From NCBI RefSeq assembly GCF_036392335.1, contig NZ_DASVYD010000045.1, positions 5,254 through 69,253 on the forward strand: a stretch of DNA of 64,000 nucleotides, given 5' to 3'. Position numbers and translations under genes: made by a program. The notes beneath the pieces are model-generated. The model made no database searches. It worked only from the letters and a program-made list of their open reading frames with translations, and was not told the origin of the DNA. This DNA is from Vitreimonas sp. GTDB taxonomy: Bacteria; Pseudomonadota; Alphaproteobacteria; Caulobacterales; Aquidulcibacteraceae. The first letter of the stretch is position 1, and every line of letters starts with the position of its first letter. Positions 55,356 through 64,000 of the stretch are shown piece by piece.

Positions 55356-56720
55356 TCATGGCGTGATCGCCCTAAACATACTGACGGCGCTGGCCGCCAG
55401 AGCAAACGTGGCGGCCACTCCCATCGCGAGATGTGGCGCCGCGCCCAGAGGAAAAGCCGTGAAGAGCTGCGCGACAAGCGCGGCGCCGCCAGCCTGTCCA
55501 AGCAGTCGCGCAGTGCCCTGCATGCCACCGGCAGCGCCGCTGCGCGTCAGCGGCGCTGCGAGAAACATGTTGCGGTTGTTGGCAACCTGGAAGAGGCCGA
55601 AGCCGATCCCGGACGCCACTAGGAATGGCACGAGCACGATGGGATTACGCAACGGCCAAGCCGCCACTGCGAACATGCCAAGAGCAAGTAGAGACGCACC
55701 GGACACGCAAAGCACGCTGCTGCTGGCCCACCGCGACAGGCGTCCTGCAACAAACGCTGTCGCTGCGATACTAAGCGGCCAAACCGTAAGGTAGAGGCCC
55801 ACCATCGAGGGCGACAGACCCAGGCCCACTTGAAGGTAAAACGGCAGGGCGATCAATCCGGCAGTCTGGCCAACGAAGCACAGCACCGACGCGAGAATGG
55901 AGTTGCGAAACGAGGCGCCGCGCAACAGGTCCAGCGGCAATAATGGCCGGCTGCGATTGGCTTCGCGAGCGATCAGCGTAGCGAATGCCAGGAGGCTCGC
56001 CAAAAGCATGCATCCAGCCGCCAACGGATGAGGCACCGCGACGTTGATGCCGAAAATCAGAAGCCCGAATGCCGCGAAGTTGAGGGCGATGCTGAGGAAG
56101 TCTGTGCGCTGGCTGGCGGGGGCGACCAGCGGCAAGGCGGGTGAGGCGAGAAGAACCAGAGTGCTCAGCGGCAGCTCGAACACGAAGAGCCAATTCCAAC
56201 TAAAGTGCGAGAGTATGATCGCCGCTATGGCGGGCCCAGCGGCGGCCGCAAGCGCGACTGTCATCGCGTTCCAGCCGATAGCGGCCGCGAGCAAGCGGTC
56301 CGAAACTGTCGCTCTGAGCAGCGCCACCCCCAGCGCCAGGATCGCGCTCGCGCCCAGCCCCTGAATGAAGCGCGCCAGCAGAAGCTGGGGCAACGACGCC
56401 GATGACGCTGCTATGAGTGCGGCGGCGGTGAATGTGATGACGCCAGCCGCGAACACGCGCCGCAATCCAAATCGCTCGCCCAACGCAGCGCTGGGCAACA
56501 AAGCCATGACGACCGCGAGCTGATACACCGTTACTACGAGAATGGCGGTCGATGGATCTATGTGCAGAGAGGCGGCAATGGACGGTAGGCTGAGATTGGC
56601 GCCGCCGGCGTCAATGACGACGAGCGCCATTGCAGCCAAGATTGCAGCAATCGGGACAGCACGCCTCGGATCAAGCGATTTTGTAGTGCTGTCGCCAGCG
56701 CCCTCGGTCTGAGTGGTCAT
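55356..56720 (-). CDS. MFS transporter
   Basis: About 14 hydrophobic segments. Start at MTTQTEG overlaps the cupin gene stop (ATGA). Confidence 0.85.
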   Translation of the reverse strand: MTTQTEGAGDSTTKSLDPRRAVPIAAILAAMALVVIDAGGANLSLPSIAASLHIDPSTAILVVTVYQLAVVMALLPSAALGERFGLRRVFAAGVITFTAAALIAASSASLPQLLLARFIQGLGASAILALGVALLRATVSDRLLAAAIGWNAMTVALAAAAGPAIAAIILSHFSWNWLFVFELPLSTLVLLASPALPLVAPASQRTDFLSIALNFAAFGLLIFGINVAVPHPLAAGCMLLASLLAFATLIAREANRSRPLLPLDLLRGASFRNSILASVLCFVGQTAGLIALPFYLQVGLGLSPSMVGLYLTVWPLSIAATAFVAGRLSRWASSSVLCVSGASLLALGMFAVAAWPLRNPIVLVPFLVASGIGFGLFQVANNRNMFLAAPLTRSGAAGGMQGTARLLGQAGGAALVAQLFTAFPLGAAPHLAMGVAATFALAASAVSMFRAITP

Positions 56721-57262
56721 GGCGCGGTGGGAACCCAAATGCCGTCACGCTGCACATATCGCGTCACTCGCTTATCGACGGCGTCTTCTTTCTTCAGGTC
56801 GCGTTCTGTGAAGCGAAAGAGCAGCGCCGGGCCCGAGACGCATAGCGTGTCGTGGATGTCGCCGGGCAAGTACACTTGCGCTTGGCCGGGCCCCACCAGA
56901 GTCGCGTTACGCTTCACGAGCCTGGTCTGGCCAGCTCCATCTTCGACGCGCGCATAGGAGCCCATTTCGCTCTCGCCCTGTTGCACGGCGTAGATCACCC
57001 AACTGCGGCCGTGGTCATGCGGCGGGCGGTAGAGCGCTGCTTGCTCGAAATGCGCGAGCAGCACAAAGCCACTCTCGACGTCGCGATAGAGTTCACGGCT
57101 TGCCGGTTGGTCCCGGTGGAGTTCGGCGAGCCACGGCTCCTCAGGGGAGGCTTGCGCCAAAGCTTCGATCTGATCTCGAGCGGCGGCGACGAGTTCTGAG
57201 GTCAGCGGCCCCCAGATGGCGCTCATGCGCGCCATGCTCGCTTCTAGAGTGCTTTGTCCCAT
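56717..57262 (-). CDS. cupin-fold protein
   Basis: RPPHDHGRSWVIYAV...GDIHD resembles cupin metal motifs. Upstream of, and translationally coupled to, the MFS gene. Confidence 0.65.
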   Translation of the reverse strand: MGQSTLEASMARMSAIWGPLTSELVAAARDQIEALAQASPEEPWLAELHRDQPASRELYRDVESGFVLLAHFEQAALYRPPHDHGRSWVIYAVQQGESEMGSYARVEDGAGQTRLVKRNATLVGPGQAQVYLPGDIHDTLCVSGPALLFRFTERDLKKEDAVDKRVTRYVQRDGIWVPTAP

Positions 57263-57375
57263 AACGCCGTCTCCTTGGTGTGGTGACGAATTTGGGTCGA
57301 TAAGTGATGGGGCGGAAGACGCACTGATTGCAGGTTATTCGTGCGTTGGACGCCATGTCATGGTACAAGGGACTA

Positions 57376-58269
57376 ATGTCGGCCCCTGATCTGAACTTGC
57401 TGGTCGCGCTGGACGTGCTTCTCGAAGAGGGCAGCGTGGCGGGCGCAGCAGAGCGTTTGCGGCTTAGTCCTTCGGCGATGAGCCGGACTCTGGCGCGGCT
57501 CAGGGAGGCCACGGGAGATCCGTTGCTGGTGCGTGCGGGGCGGGGCCTGGTCCCGACTCCGCGCGCGCTTGAGCTTCAGGAACGCGTGGGCGCGTTGGTG
57601 GACGAAGGTCAAGCGCTCCTTCGCCCATCGAAGGCGCTGAACCTGGCAACGGTGGAGCGCACCTTCACCATGCGAACCAGCGATGGGTTCGTTGAGAACT
57701 TCGGGGCGCGCTTACTCGCGCGTATTGCTGCGGACGCCCCTGGCATTCGCCTGAACTTCCTCCAAAAGCCCGACAAAGACAGCGCGCCCCTGCGCGAAGG
57801 ACGCATCGACCTCGAGACTGCCCTCGTTGAGCCAGTCATGGGACCGGAGCTTCGCGCCCAGGCGCTCTTTCGCGATCGCCTCATCGGCGTGATCAGGGCG
57901 GCGCATCCGCTCGCGGGAAAGAAGATTGGTCTGAAAAGCTACACCGAGGCCCGCCACGTCATCGTCTCTCGAACCGGTTTCGACGAAGACTCGATGGAAG
58001 GAAAATTGCTGCCGGAGAAATTTAAACGGAATGTCGCGAGTTCGGTGGGCGGATTTGCGACCGCGCTTGCGATTGCGAGATTGTCGGACTTGGTCGCGAC
58101 GGTGCCAGAGCTGCACACTGCATCGTTGCGCGAAGGTATGGTCAGCTTTGCGCTGCCGGTTCGTGCTTCCGACTTCGCCGTTTCGCTCGTTTGGCATCCG
58201 CGGCTAGATGCCGACCCAGTTCATCGGTGGCTTCGATCCTGCATCCGCGCTGTCTGCGCGGCCGGTTAG
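57376..58269 (+). CDS. LysR family transcriptional regulator
   Basis: HTH DLNLLVALDVLLEEGSVAGAAERLRLSPSAMSRTLARLRE. Divergent from the cupin-MFS operon. Confidence 0.85.
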   Translation: MSAPDLNLLVALDVLLEEGSVAGAAERLRLSPSAMSRTLARLREATGDPLLVRAGRGLVPTPRALELQERVGALVDEGQALLRPSKALNLATVERTFTMRTSDGFVENFGARLLARIAADAPGIRLNFLQKPDKDSAPLREGRIDLETALVEPVMGPELRAQALFRDRLIGVIRAAHPLAGKKIGLKSYTEARHVIVSRTGFDEDSMEGKLLPEKFKRNVASSVGGFATALAIARLSDLVATVPELHTASLREGMVSFALPVRASDFAVSLVWHPRLDADPVHRWLRSCIRAVCAAG

Positions 58270-58677
58270 GTTGAGTCCAACAACCGGCTTCACCCCCGTT
58301 CTGGGGAAGTATCGCGGATGGTTTGTTTTTGAGATCGTGCTGACTTTGGCCACCTAGTCTGGGTGCTTGCAAGCGCGCGCCAGCGATCGCCGCCCGCCAG
58401 GGTCGAGACGCGCAGCGGCTCGGTCGCATCGCGACAAGAGCGCGGGCGCGCGTCCGCGGGCGACGCCCAAACCCCGCCCCCAAACTCAACCCTCCCAAAC
58501 TATCGAAGAATATCTCTTCGTCGCCGGCACTCTCAAAACCGGTGCATCTCTCTCATCGCAAAACATGTCGGATCTCAGCCATTCCAGTTCAGCTTGGGGA
58601 TCGCCAGCCGTTGGGGCAAAAGCTGTTCTCTGGTGCGGCGATGGCGATAGTGGAGGCCTGATAAGGATCAGAATGAA

Positions 58678-59233
58678 ATGGAGCCAGACGCGCCTGAGGC
58701 TGGACCCACGTGCTTTGTGTATGGGCTTCAAGCGGCGAGCTGGACCAGCGGCGCCATCCTTGAGCCAGGCATGACAAAGATTGGCTTCACGGCGCGCACC
58801 GTCGCGGAGCGCCTTCGAAGTGCCGGTCAAAGACAACCGGGTCGAGCGGGCGGTTCACGCGCACCTGAAATCGCAGGGCCGCCATATTGCCGCCGGTTCG
58901 GCGGTCGAGTGGTTTGCGATAGAGCCTGCGGAGGCAAAGGACATCGTGACGTCCTTCGCTTCAGGGGCGATGGACATGGAATTGGCTCTGAGCGCGGCCG
59001 CGCAGAAGGCGTCTGCTGTGCGCAACCGATCGAGCATTCGTCACAAGGAAATCACGATGAGCCGCGCGCGCGCTGAGGCGCTGCGCGAGGTGCGGGCCGC
59101 AGCCGATCAGGGCCAATCGCGCAGCACGATTGCAGACGGCAGGTGGGGTGCGGCGGCAGTCGCGCTCGCGGTCGAGTTGGGGATCAGCAAGGACGCCGCC
59201 TTTGTGCTGATGCGGGAATGGTTTTCCGATTAG
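58678..59233 (+). pseudogene. T5orf172/MUG113 (GIY-YIG-like) domain gene interrupted by a frameshift near 58810-58820
   Basis: Frame 1 gives CFVYGL...GMTKIGFTARTVAERL. Frame 2 continues FEVPVKDNRVERAVHAHLKSQGRHIAAGSAVEWFAIEPAEA. Together they resemble one T5orf172 domain. Confidence 0.55.
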
Positions 59234-59402
59234 CGGCGTGCCGTGCGCGGAGCCTATGTGTCGTCGGCGCTCTCAAGCCTCAATTCTCTGGTCCCCGGTG
59301 CGGCTCGTCATATGGTGCGCCAGTAACTGCGTCATCACGCCTGGGCGCCTCGTCGCCGTCGGGCGCCGGCATGCTGTTTAGAGTGTTCTGCTGGCTGTTG
59401 CA

Positions 59403-59621
59403 CTATTGAAAGCCGGCCTCCCAGCCTTGCCGATAGAGAGCATCCTGGTCGTAGGCCTCAACGTCGCGTGTAAACTTGAAGAACAGGGTCATGCCGCCCG
59501 CGGCGTAACCCGTTTCACATCCGTCCTTATAGCCGGCCTGGAAGTTCGGCGGCCCATCAGGCACGGTGTCCAGCCCGCAAGCGGCCAGCAAGAACGCGGA
59601 CGGAAGTGCAACAAGTCTCAT
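59403..59621 (-). CDS. small lipoprotein, function unknown
   Basis: MRLVALPSAFLLAAC lipobox; 72 aa. Confidence 0.6.
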   Translation of the reverse strand: MRLVALPSAFLLAACGLDTVPDGPPNFQAGYKDGCETGYAAGGMTLFFKFTRDVEAYDQDALYRQGWEAGFQ

Positions 59622-59712
59622 GATCTCCCCTTGTGCAAGGCTAGTCCGCTGCTGGCGGATTGGTCAAAGCAGTTTTGTGGCGGTGCGGACCAGCGCAGAT
59701 ACCCGCAGCACG

Positions 59713-59794
59713 CTTGAATGCCTCGCGCGCCAATCTGGCCAGGTCCGTCGCTCGCGGGTGACCAGCCTGCGCGACAAACCATGCGAAATCCGCG
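59713..59794 (+). repeat. degenerate copy of the 3' end plus downstream flank of the SRPBCC gene (direct repeat, copy A)
   Basis: Translates to LNASRANLARSVARG*, compared with LHASLDNLARFVARA* in copy B. Followed by CCTGCGCGACAAACCATGCGAAATCCGC. Confidence 0.7.
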
Positions 59795-59925
59795 TCAACG
59801 ATCGAAGCCCGCAGGGCCGAGACGCCAGCGGACGCGGGCGACGCTCAATTGCATCACGCCTCCCGCACTCACTCCAAAACGCAAACCCCGGAACACCCCC
59901 CGCCACACCTGGGTTGGTATGGGGG

Positions 59926-60168
59926 GTCGATGTAGTCTTCGCCAAGATCGTGCCCGATCGCGTGATCGTCGAGATCGTGACCTTCAAGTCCGACGATCCT
60001 CTATTCGCAGCCGCCATGACCACGACCTGGACGCTGACCTCTAATAATGACGTCACTGAAGTCAGCATCATCGCCGAAGATACGCCTCCGGGCATCAAGG
60101 AGAGCGATCACCTGGAAGGCCTACATGCCTCGCTCGACAATCTTGCCAGGTTCGTTGCGCGCGCATGA
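59926..60168 (+). pseudogene. 5'-truncated SRPBCC (AHSA1-like) gene; only about the C-terminal 80 aa remain
   Basis: VDVVFAKIVPDRVIVEIVTFKSDDPLFAAAMTTTWTL...PPGIKESDHLEGLHASLDNLARFVARA fits the C-terminal half of about 145-aa AHSA1-type SRPBCC proteins. The upstream part of the ORF is not protein-like. Confidence 0.6.
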
Positions 60169-60200
60169 GCGACCTGCGCGACAAACCACGCGAGATTCGC
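60121..60200 (+). repeat. direct repeat, copy B (3' end of the SRPBCC fragment plus flank)
   Basis: Aligns with 59713-59794. The 29-nt core CCTGCGCGACAAACCAYGCGARATYCGC matches at 25 of 29 positions. Confidence 0.7.
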
Positions 60201-60235
60201 ACGCGAGCGGCGAGGCCATGTTCAATCCATCTCGA

Positions 60236-60688
60236 TCAGCCATGGCGTTCGCCTCGGCGCCCAGCTCTAGCGCGCGCGGCAATCGCGTTCAAAGCAAAGG
60301 CGATCAGCGAGGTTGCAAGAATGACGCCCATGATGTGCCACGACGTTGGCGAGCCGGTTGCCGCGGCGAGCTTCTCCGCAGCGCCCGCCGCCAGCGCGAG
60401 GGCGACTGCGCTGGTAAGCAATAGCGCAGCGCCTGCGCCGGGCGCGCCGCTGCGCAGAGGCATGGCGATGACGTAGAGGCTCAGCAAACCTAGCGCGATT
60501 GAGGCGCCGCCGATCAAGGTCATCAGCGCAAAATAGAGGGGGCGTACGGCAGCGCGGGCAGCTTCCGGCACGGCGGCCTCGTGAAACCACAGCATGTCGC
60601 CGACCGTTGCGTAGGTCACCCCGAACCAGATGAAGAATAGAGCCACCAGGCCGAAGAGGCCGCTGCTGATCCAGCGTAGCGTCTGCAT
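60236..60688 (-). CDS. membrane protein, 4 TM helices, function unknown
   Basis: 150 aa, hydrophobic, with coding-like composition. Confidence 0.65.
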   Translation of the reverse strand: MQTLRWISSGLFGLVALFFIWFGVTYATVGDMLWFHEAAVPEAARAAVRPLYFALMTLIGGASIALGLLSLYVIAMPLRSGAPGAGAALLLTSAVALALAAGAAEKLAAATGSPTSWHIMGVILATSLIAFALNAIAARARAGRRGERHG

Positions 60689-60776
60689 TACGATCTCCTC
60701 GGCGACGTTGTCGGGTCACAGGAGAGTTCGCGTCTAGCCGGCGCGACGTTGCCGCACGCGCCATACCGATTGTGCA

Positions 60777-61685
60777 TCACGCAGCTGAGAGAACTGCATC
60801 GTGGCTTTTGCTCGGCCAAACGAAGCTGCGCGCGGCCTTCACGAACGCGCCGACCGCTGGGGAGAAGGGGCGGCCGCGCACGGTAACGAGCGAGACGGTG
60901 CGTGTGAATTCGGGTGAAACGATGGGGCGCACGGCGACATCGCTGGGGAAGGCGAAGTTTTCGGGGAAGAAGCCCCAGCCCATGCCGGAGCGGATCATGC
61001 CGAGCACCCAATCATCGCGCTCGCTTTTGAACACGACTTTCACCTGCACGCCTTGGCGCGCGAACTGATCGCCGGCGAAATCGCCAAGGTCGCAATTGAT
61101 GCGATTGACATAGGGCTCGTTGTCGAGATCGGCGACGTGGATTTCTTTCTGGTTGGCGAGGCGATGCTGCATGGGTAGCACCGCCACATAACGCTCGCGA
61201 TAAAGCGGCAGGGCGTGGAAGCGATCGTCGATCTCCTCCGGATGGCCGAGTACCGCGATTTCGCGTTCGCCTGATGTGAGCTGTTGGAGAACGTCTTTCA
61301 CGGAGCCATCAGAAACATTGAGGTCGACGCCGGGATTGGCTTGGCGGAAGCCGACGATGAAGTCGGCCATCAGAGTCGGGCTGAGCGTGCACATGGCGCA
61401 GAGCTTCAGTTCCACGTTCTTCATTTTGCCGACGGATTTCGCGCGCACGCGCGCGGCGTCGGCCTGCGCTTGGATCGACTGGATGTAGGGCAGCATCATC
61501 CGGCCGAGCTCGGAGAGGTGGGTTTGATTGCGTTCGCGGTTGAAGAGGCGCCCGCCGAGTTCGGCTTCGAGTGCCTGGATGGCGCGGGTGAGCGCGGGCT
61601 GGGTGACGTTACAAGTCTCGGCGGCGCGGGTGAAATTGAGCTCGCGCGCCAGCGCCAGAAAGTACCGGATCTGCTGCATTTCCAT
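60777..61685 (-). CDS. LysR family transcriptional regulator
   Basis: HTH MEMQQIRYFLALARELNFTRAAETCNVTQPALTRAIQALE. Confidence 0.85.
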   Translation of the reverse strand: MEMQQIRYFLALARELNFTRAAETCNVTQPALTRAIQALEAELGGRLFNRERNQTHLSELGRMMLPYIQSIQAQADAARVRAKSVGKMKNVELKLCAMCTLSPTLMADFIVGFRQANPGVDLNVSDGSVKDVLQQLTSGEREIAVLGHPEEIDDRFHALPLYRERYVAVLPMQHRLANQKEIHVADLDNEPYVNRINCDLGDFAGDQFARQGVQVKVVFKSERDDWVLGMIRSGMGWGFFPENFAFPSDVAVRPIVSPEFTRTVSLVTVRGRPFSPAVGAFVKAARSFVWPSKSHDAVLSAA

Positions 61686-61771
61686 GGGCTACCCCTCCCA
61701 CGTTGGCGATTTGGCCAGACGGCGCCTGACACGGCGCTCTAGTGCTTGAGTTCGTTGCGTAAGGGCGCCGG

Positions 61772-62107
61772 TTACAGGTCGAGCGACATTTTCCGGCGCG
61801 CGAAGAAAACATTGGGAGATTCCTGCGCTGCCTCCGCGCCCAAGCGGTTGAGTTCGTCGGCGCTGCGCTCCTGCTGCCCGCACCCGAGCGCCAGCAGGTG
61901 AGCGCCCGCGCGCTCCTTCAGCGTCAGGCCTGAATCGAGGCTGCCGGGGAAGACGAGCAGGTCGGCGTTGGCGGCCGCTTCGGTGACGAGTGCTTCGTCT
62001 GCGGCGGGGCTATCTTCAGGATGGCGAAGGACATGGCAGACCTTGCGCCCATCCGCCTCAACGATCAGCGCCGCTGATCCGTGCCCGCCCCAGAATGTCA
62101 CGCGCAT
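61772..62107 (-). CDS. hypothetical 111-aa protein immediately downstream of ndh
   Basis: Start MRVTFWGGHGSAALIVE lies 2 nt after the ndh stop. No family recognised. Confidence 0.5.
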   Translation of the reverse strand: MRVTFWGGHGSAALIVEADGRKVCHVLRHPEDSPAADEALVTEAAANADLLVFPGSLDSGLTLKERAGAHLLALGCGQQERSADELNRLGAEAAQESPNVFFARRKMSLDL

Positions 62108-62109
62108 GG

Positions 62110-63450
62110 TTACGCCGCTTCTAAGTCGCGCGCTGCCGGCGCCGCTGTTGCGGTTACGTCGCCGGTGATGAGGCGCGCGCCGCGTTCGAAGGTGAGGTAG
62201 CTCCAAAACCAATCGATGGTGACTGCGAGGCGATTGCGGAAGCCGATCAGGAAATAGACGTGCGCGGCGCTCCAAACGAGCCAACCAATGAATCCGCGCA
62301 AATGAAAGCCGTTGAAGTTCGCAACGGCGGCCTTGCGGCCGACCGTGGCGAGGTTGCCGAAGTCGACATAGCGGAACGGTTTGGTGAAACGTTTGCGGCG
62401 GAGTGCCGCTTTGATCGTTTCAGCAGCATGAACGCCTTGCTGCTTCGCGACTGGCGCTACGCCGGGCAACGGTTTGCCTGACGCACCATCGACCGCGGCG
62501 CAGTCGCCGATGACATAGATGTTGTCGTGTCCCGGCGCGCGGAGGTCGGCGCCGATAGTGGCGCGCCCAGCGCGATCGGCGGGAATGTTCAACCAGCGCG
62601 CTGCGGGTGAGGATTGCACGCCGGCAGCCCAGATCACGCAGCGCGAGTCGATACGCTCGGCGCCAAGCTTGATGCCGTAGGCGTCGATGGATGTCACCGG
62701 CACGCCGGTGCGGACTTCGACGCCGAGACACTCAAGCGATCGTTGCGCGCTTGCGGATAGGTCTTCAGGGAAGGCGCCGAGAACGCACGGACCGGCTTCG
62801 ACCAGGATGATGCGCGCGCAATGCGGGTTGATGCGGCGATAGTCTTTGGCGAGCGCCTTCTTGGCGAGTTCGGCAATGGCGCCGGCGGTTTCGACGCCAG
62901 TCGGGCCGCCGCCGATGACGACGAAGGTTGTGAGTCTCGCGCGTTCGGCCGGATCGGACTCAAGTTCGGCGCGTTCGAAAGCGAGCAGGATGCGCTTGCG
63001 CTGCTCGGTCGCGTCTTCGAGCGTCTTGAGGCCCGGCGCAAAACGCTCCCACTCATCGCGGCCGAAGTAGGAGTGGCGCGCGCCGGTGGCGACGATGAGG
63101 TGGTCGTAGGCGACGCGCCGTTCGCCGAGCATGATTTGCTGCGCAGCGGTGTCGATGCCGTCGACATGACCGAGCACGACATCGGTGTTGCGCTGGTGGC
63201 GCAGGATGGCGCGGATCGGTGTGGCGATTTGCGTTGGCGCGAGGCCGGCTGTCGCCACTTGGTACAGCAGCGGCTGAAACAGGTGATGGTTGCGTCGGTC
63301 AATCAGGATGACGTGCGCCTTGGTGTGCGCGAGCGCCTTCGCGGCGGAGAGGCCGCCAAAACCCGCGCCAATGATGACGACGCGGGGGCGTCCCTCGAGC
63401 TCTTTGCGCCGTTCTGCTTCGATCGGACAGCCGTCGACAGTGCGCTTCAC
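62110..63450 (-). CDS. ndh: type II NADH:quinone oxidoreductase (NDH-2)
   Basis: Two dinucleotide folds (VVIIGAGFGGLSAA, VVIGGGPTGVETAG) and an amphipathic C-terminal tail. GTG start. Confidence 0.85.
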   Translation of the reverse strand: MKRTVDGCPIEAERRKELEGRPRVVIIGAGFGGLSAAKALAHTKAHVILIDRRNHHLFQPLLYQVATAGLAPTQIATPIRAILRHQRNTDVVLGHVDGIDTAAQQIMLGERRVAYDHLIVATGARHSYFGRDEWERFAPGLKTLEDATEQRKRILLAFERAELESDPAERARLTTFVVIGGGPTGVETAGAIAELAKKALAKDYRRINPHCARIILVEAGPCVLGAFPEDLSASAQRSLECLGVEVRTGVPVTSIDAYGIKLGAERIDSRCVIWAAGVQSSPAARWLNIPADRAGRATIGADLRAPGHDNIYVIGDCAAVDGASGKPLPGVAPVAKQQGVHAAETIKAALRRKRFTKPFRYVDFGNLATVGRKAAVANFNGFHLRGFIGWLVWSAAHVYFLIGFRNRLAVTIDWFWSYLTFERGARLITGDVTATAAPAARDLEAA

Positions 63451-63614
63451 GTGACCCTCACGCGTTGCGCGGCGATCCGGCGCGTGCGGCGGACGCGCTG
63501 AGCGGGCCGTTTCAGGATCGCTTCGACCGGGCGGGCGAGGGCGGCCATCTCGCGGCAGAGCTGAACCAGGCCAAGATCAGAGCTGGCGCTCATCCAATCG
63601 ATGTCGTCTTGCAT
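63447..63614 (-). CDS. possible 55-aa protein translationally coupled to ndh
   Basis: AAGGAGGAACCGCC-ATG. MQDDIDWMSASSDLGLVQLCREMAALARPVEAILKRPAQRVRRTRRIAAQRVRVT. Its TGA overlaps the ndh GTG (GTGA). Confidence 0.45.
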   Translation of the reverse strand: MQDDIDWMSASSDLGLVQLCREMAALARPVEAILKRPAQRVRRTRRIAAQRVRVT

Positions 63615-63701
63615 GGCGGTTCCTCCTTGTTGTGAGGAGATGATGGGAGGTAGCGGCGGCGAGTTAAAATGCCAGTTCGTTATCGCGCGTATGCGCGCCG
63701 C

Positions 63702-64000
63702 TTATGCGACGATGACGAGATCGACCGGCGCTGCGGCGCCTTCTACGTAGGCCTTCGGCGCGATGCGGCGGTAGGGGGGATCCAGACCCTGCGCGCGCGC
63801 TTGATCGAACGCCGCTCGGGTGGTGATGACGCGCGCGTGCTCGAGCTTCGCGTGCTTTTCAAGCTTGGCCGCGAGATTCACGGCATCGCCGATGACAGTG
63901 AACTCCAGCCTATCATCGTGGCCGATGACACCGTGGACCACGTCGCCGTGTGTGATGGCGACGGCAACACTCAAGGGTGGAGCGTTGCGGCGGGCGCGTT
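63702..64000 (-). CDS. class III adenylate/guanylate cyclase domain protein, C-terminal part (5' end outside the window)
   Basis: GDVVHGVIGHDDRLEFTVIGDAVNLAAKLE is the conserved cyclase core. Frame is open to the window edge. Confidence 0.75.
   Translation of the reverse strand, partial: RARRNAPPLSVAVAITHGDVVHGVIGHDDRLEFTVIGDAVNLAAKLEKHAKLEHARVITTRAAFDQARAQGLDPPYRRIAPKAYVEGAAAPVDLVIVA

Noticed and set aside
59713-60200. Integron attC sites or IS terminal repeats flanking a cassette
   Set aside because: The repeats are direct copies of a gene 3' end plus flank, not imperfect inverted repeats with RYYYAAC/GTTRRRY cores. No integrase or transposase is present, and neighbouring genes are in mixed orientation.

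Overview
High-GC chromosomal segment with alphaproteobacterial-type gene order. It is mostly core housekeeping: the tail of the dcw cluster (ftsQ-ftsA), ethylmalonyl-CoA pathway genes (ecm, ccr), sdaA, one MCP, recR-ybaB-dnaX, def-fmt-truA, dapE/dapD, argB-yihA-yidC-rnpA-rpmH, ggt and ndh. It also holds several TetR/LysR regulators and two sensor kinases with no adjacent response regulator. I found no rRNA, tRNA, CRISPR array, transposase or integrase. Many long ORFs in the track are antisense or alternative-frame artefacts of the high GC content. I could not identify a convincing multi-gene novel (e.g. defence-type) system, and I say so plainly. The most unusual objects are: (1) a stand-alone secreted protein whose core is a strictly phased N-x dipeptide array with Trp every 8 residues (9982-10950); (2) a Tat/lipobox protein made of eight Gly/Asp/Tyr-rich 'TDNDSG.YAD.AG.GRGG' repeats sitting where ftsZ would be expected (2004-2681); (3) two paralogous 4-Cys lipoproteins bracketing a META-domain gene; (4) co-transcribed tandem TetR paralogues 1 nt apart; (5) a decayed, more A/T-rich islet (about 58.3-60.2 kb) with a frameshifted T5orf172/GIY-YIG-like gene and a partially duplicated, truncated SRPBCC gene; (6) a 777-bp ORF-poor convergent spacer with a perfect 17-bp hairpin (54579-55355); (7) two identical DnaA-box-like 11-mers next to rpmH; (8) five convergent gene pairs whose stop codons interlock on opposite strands. 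All functional calls come from motif and family recognition by eye; no database search was run.
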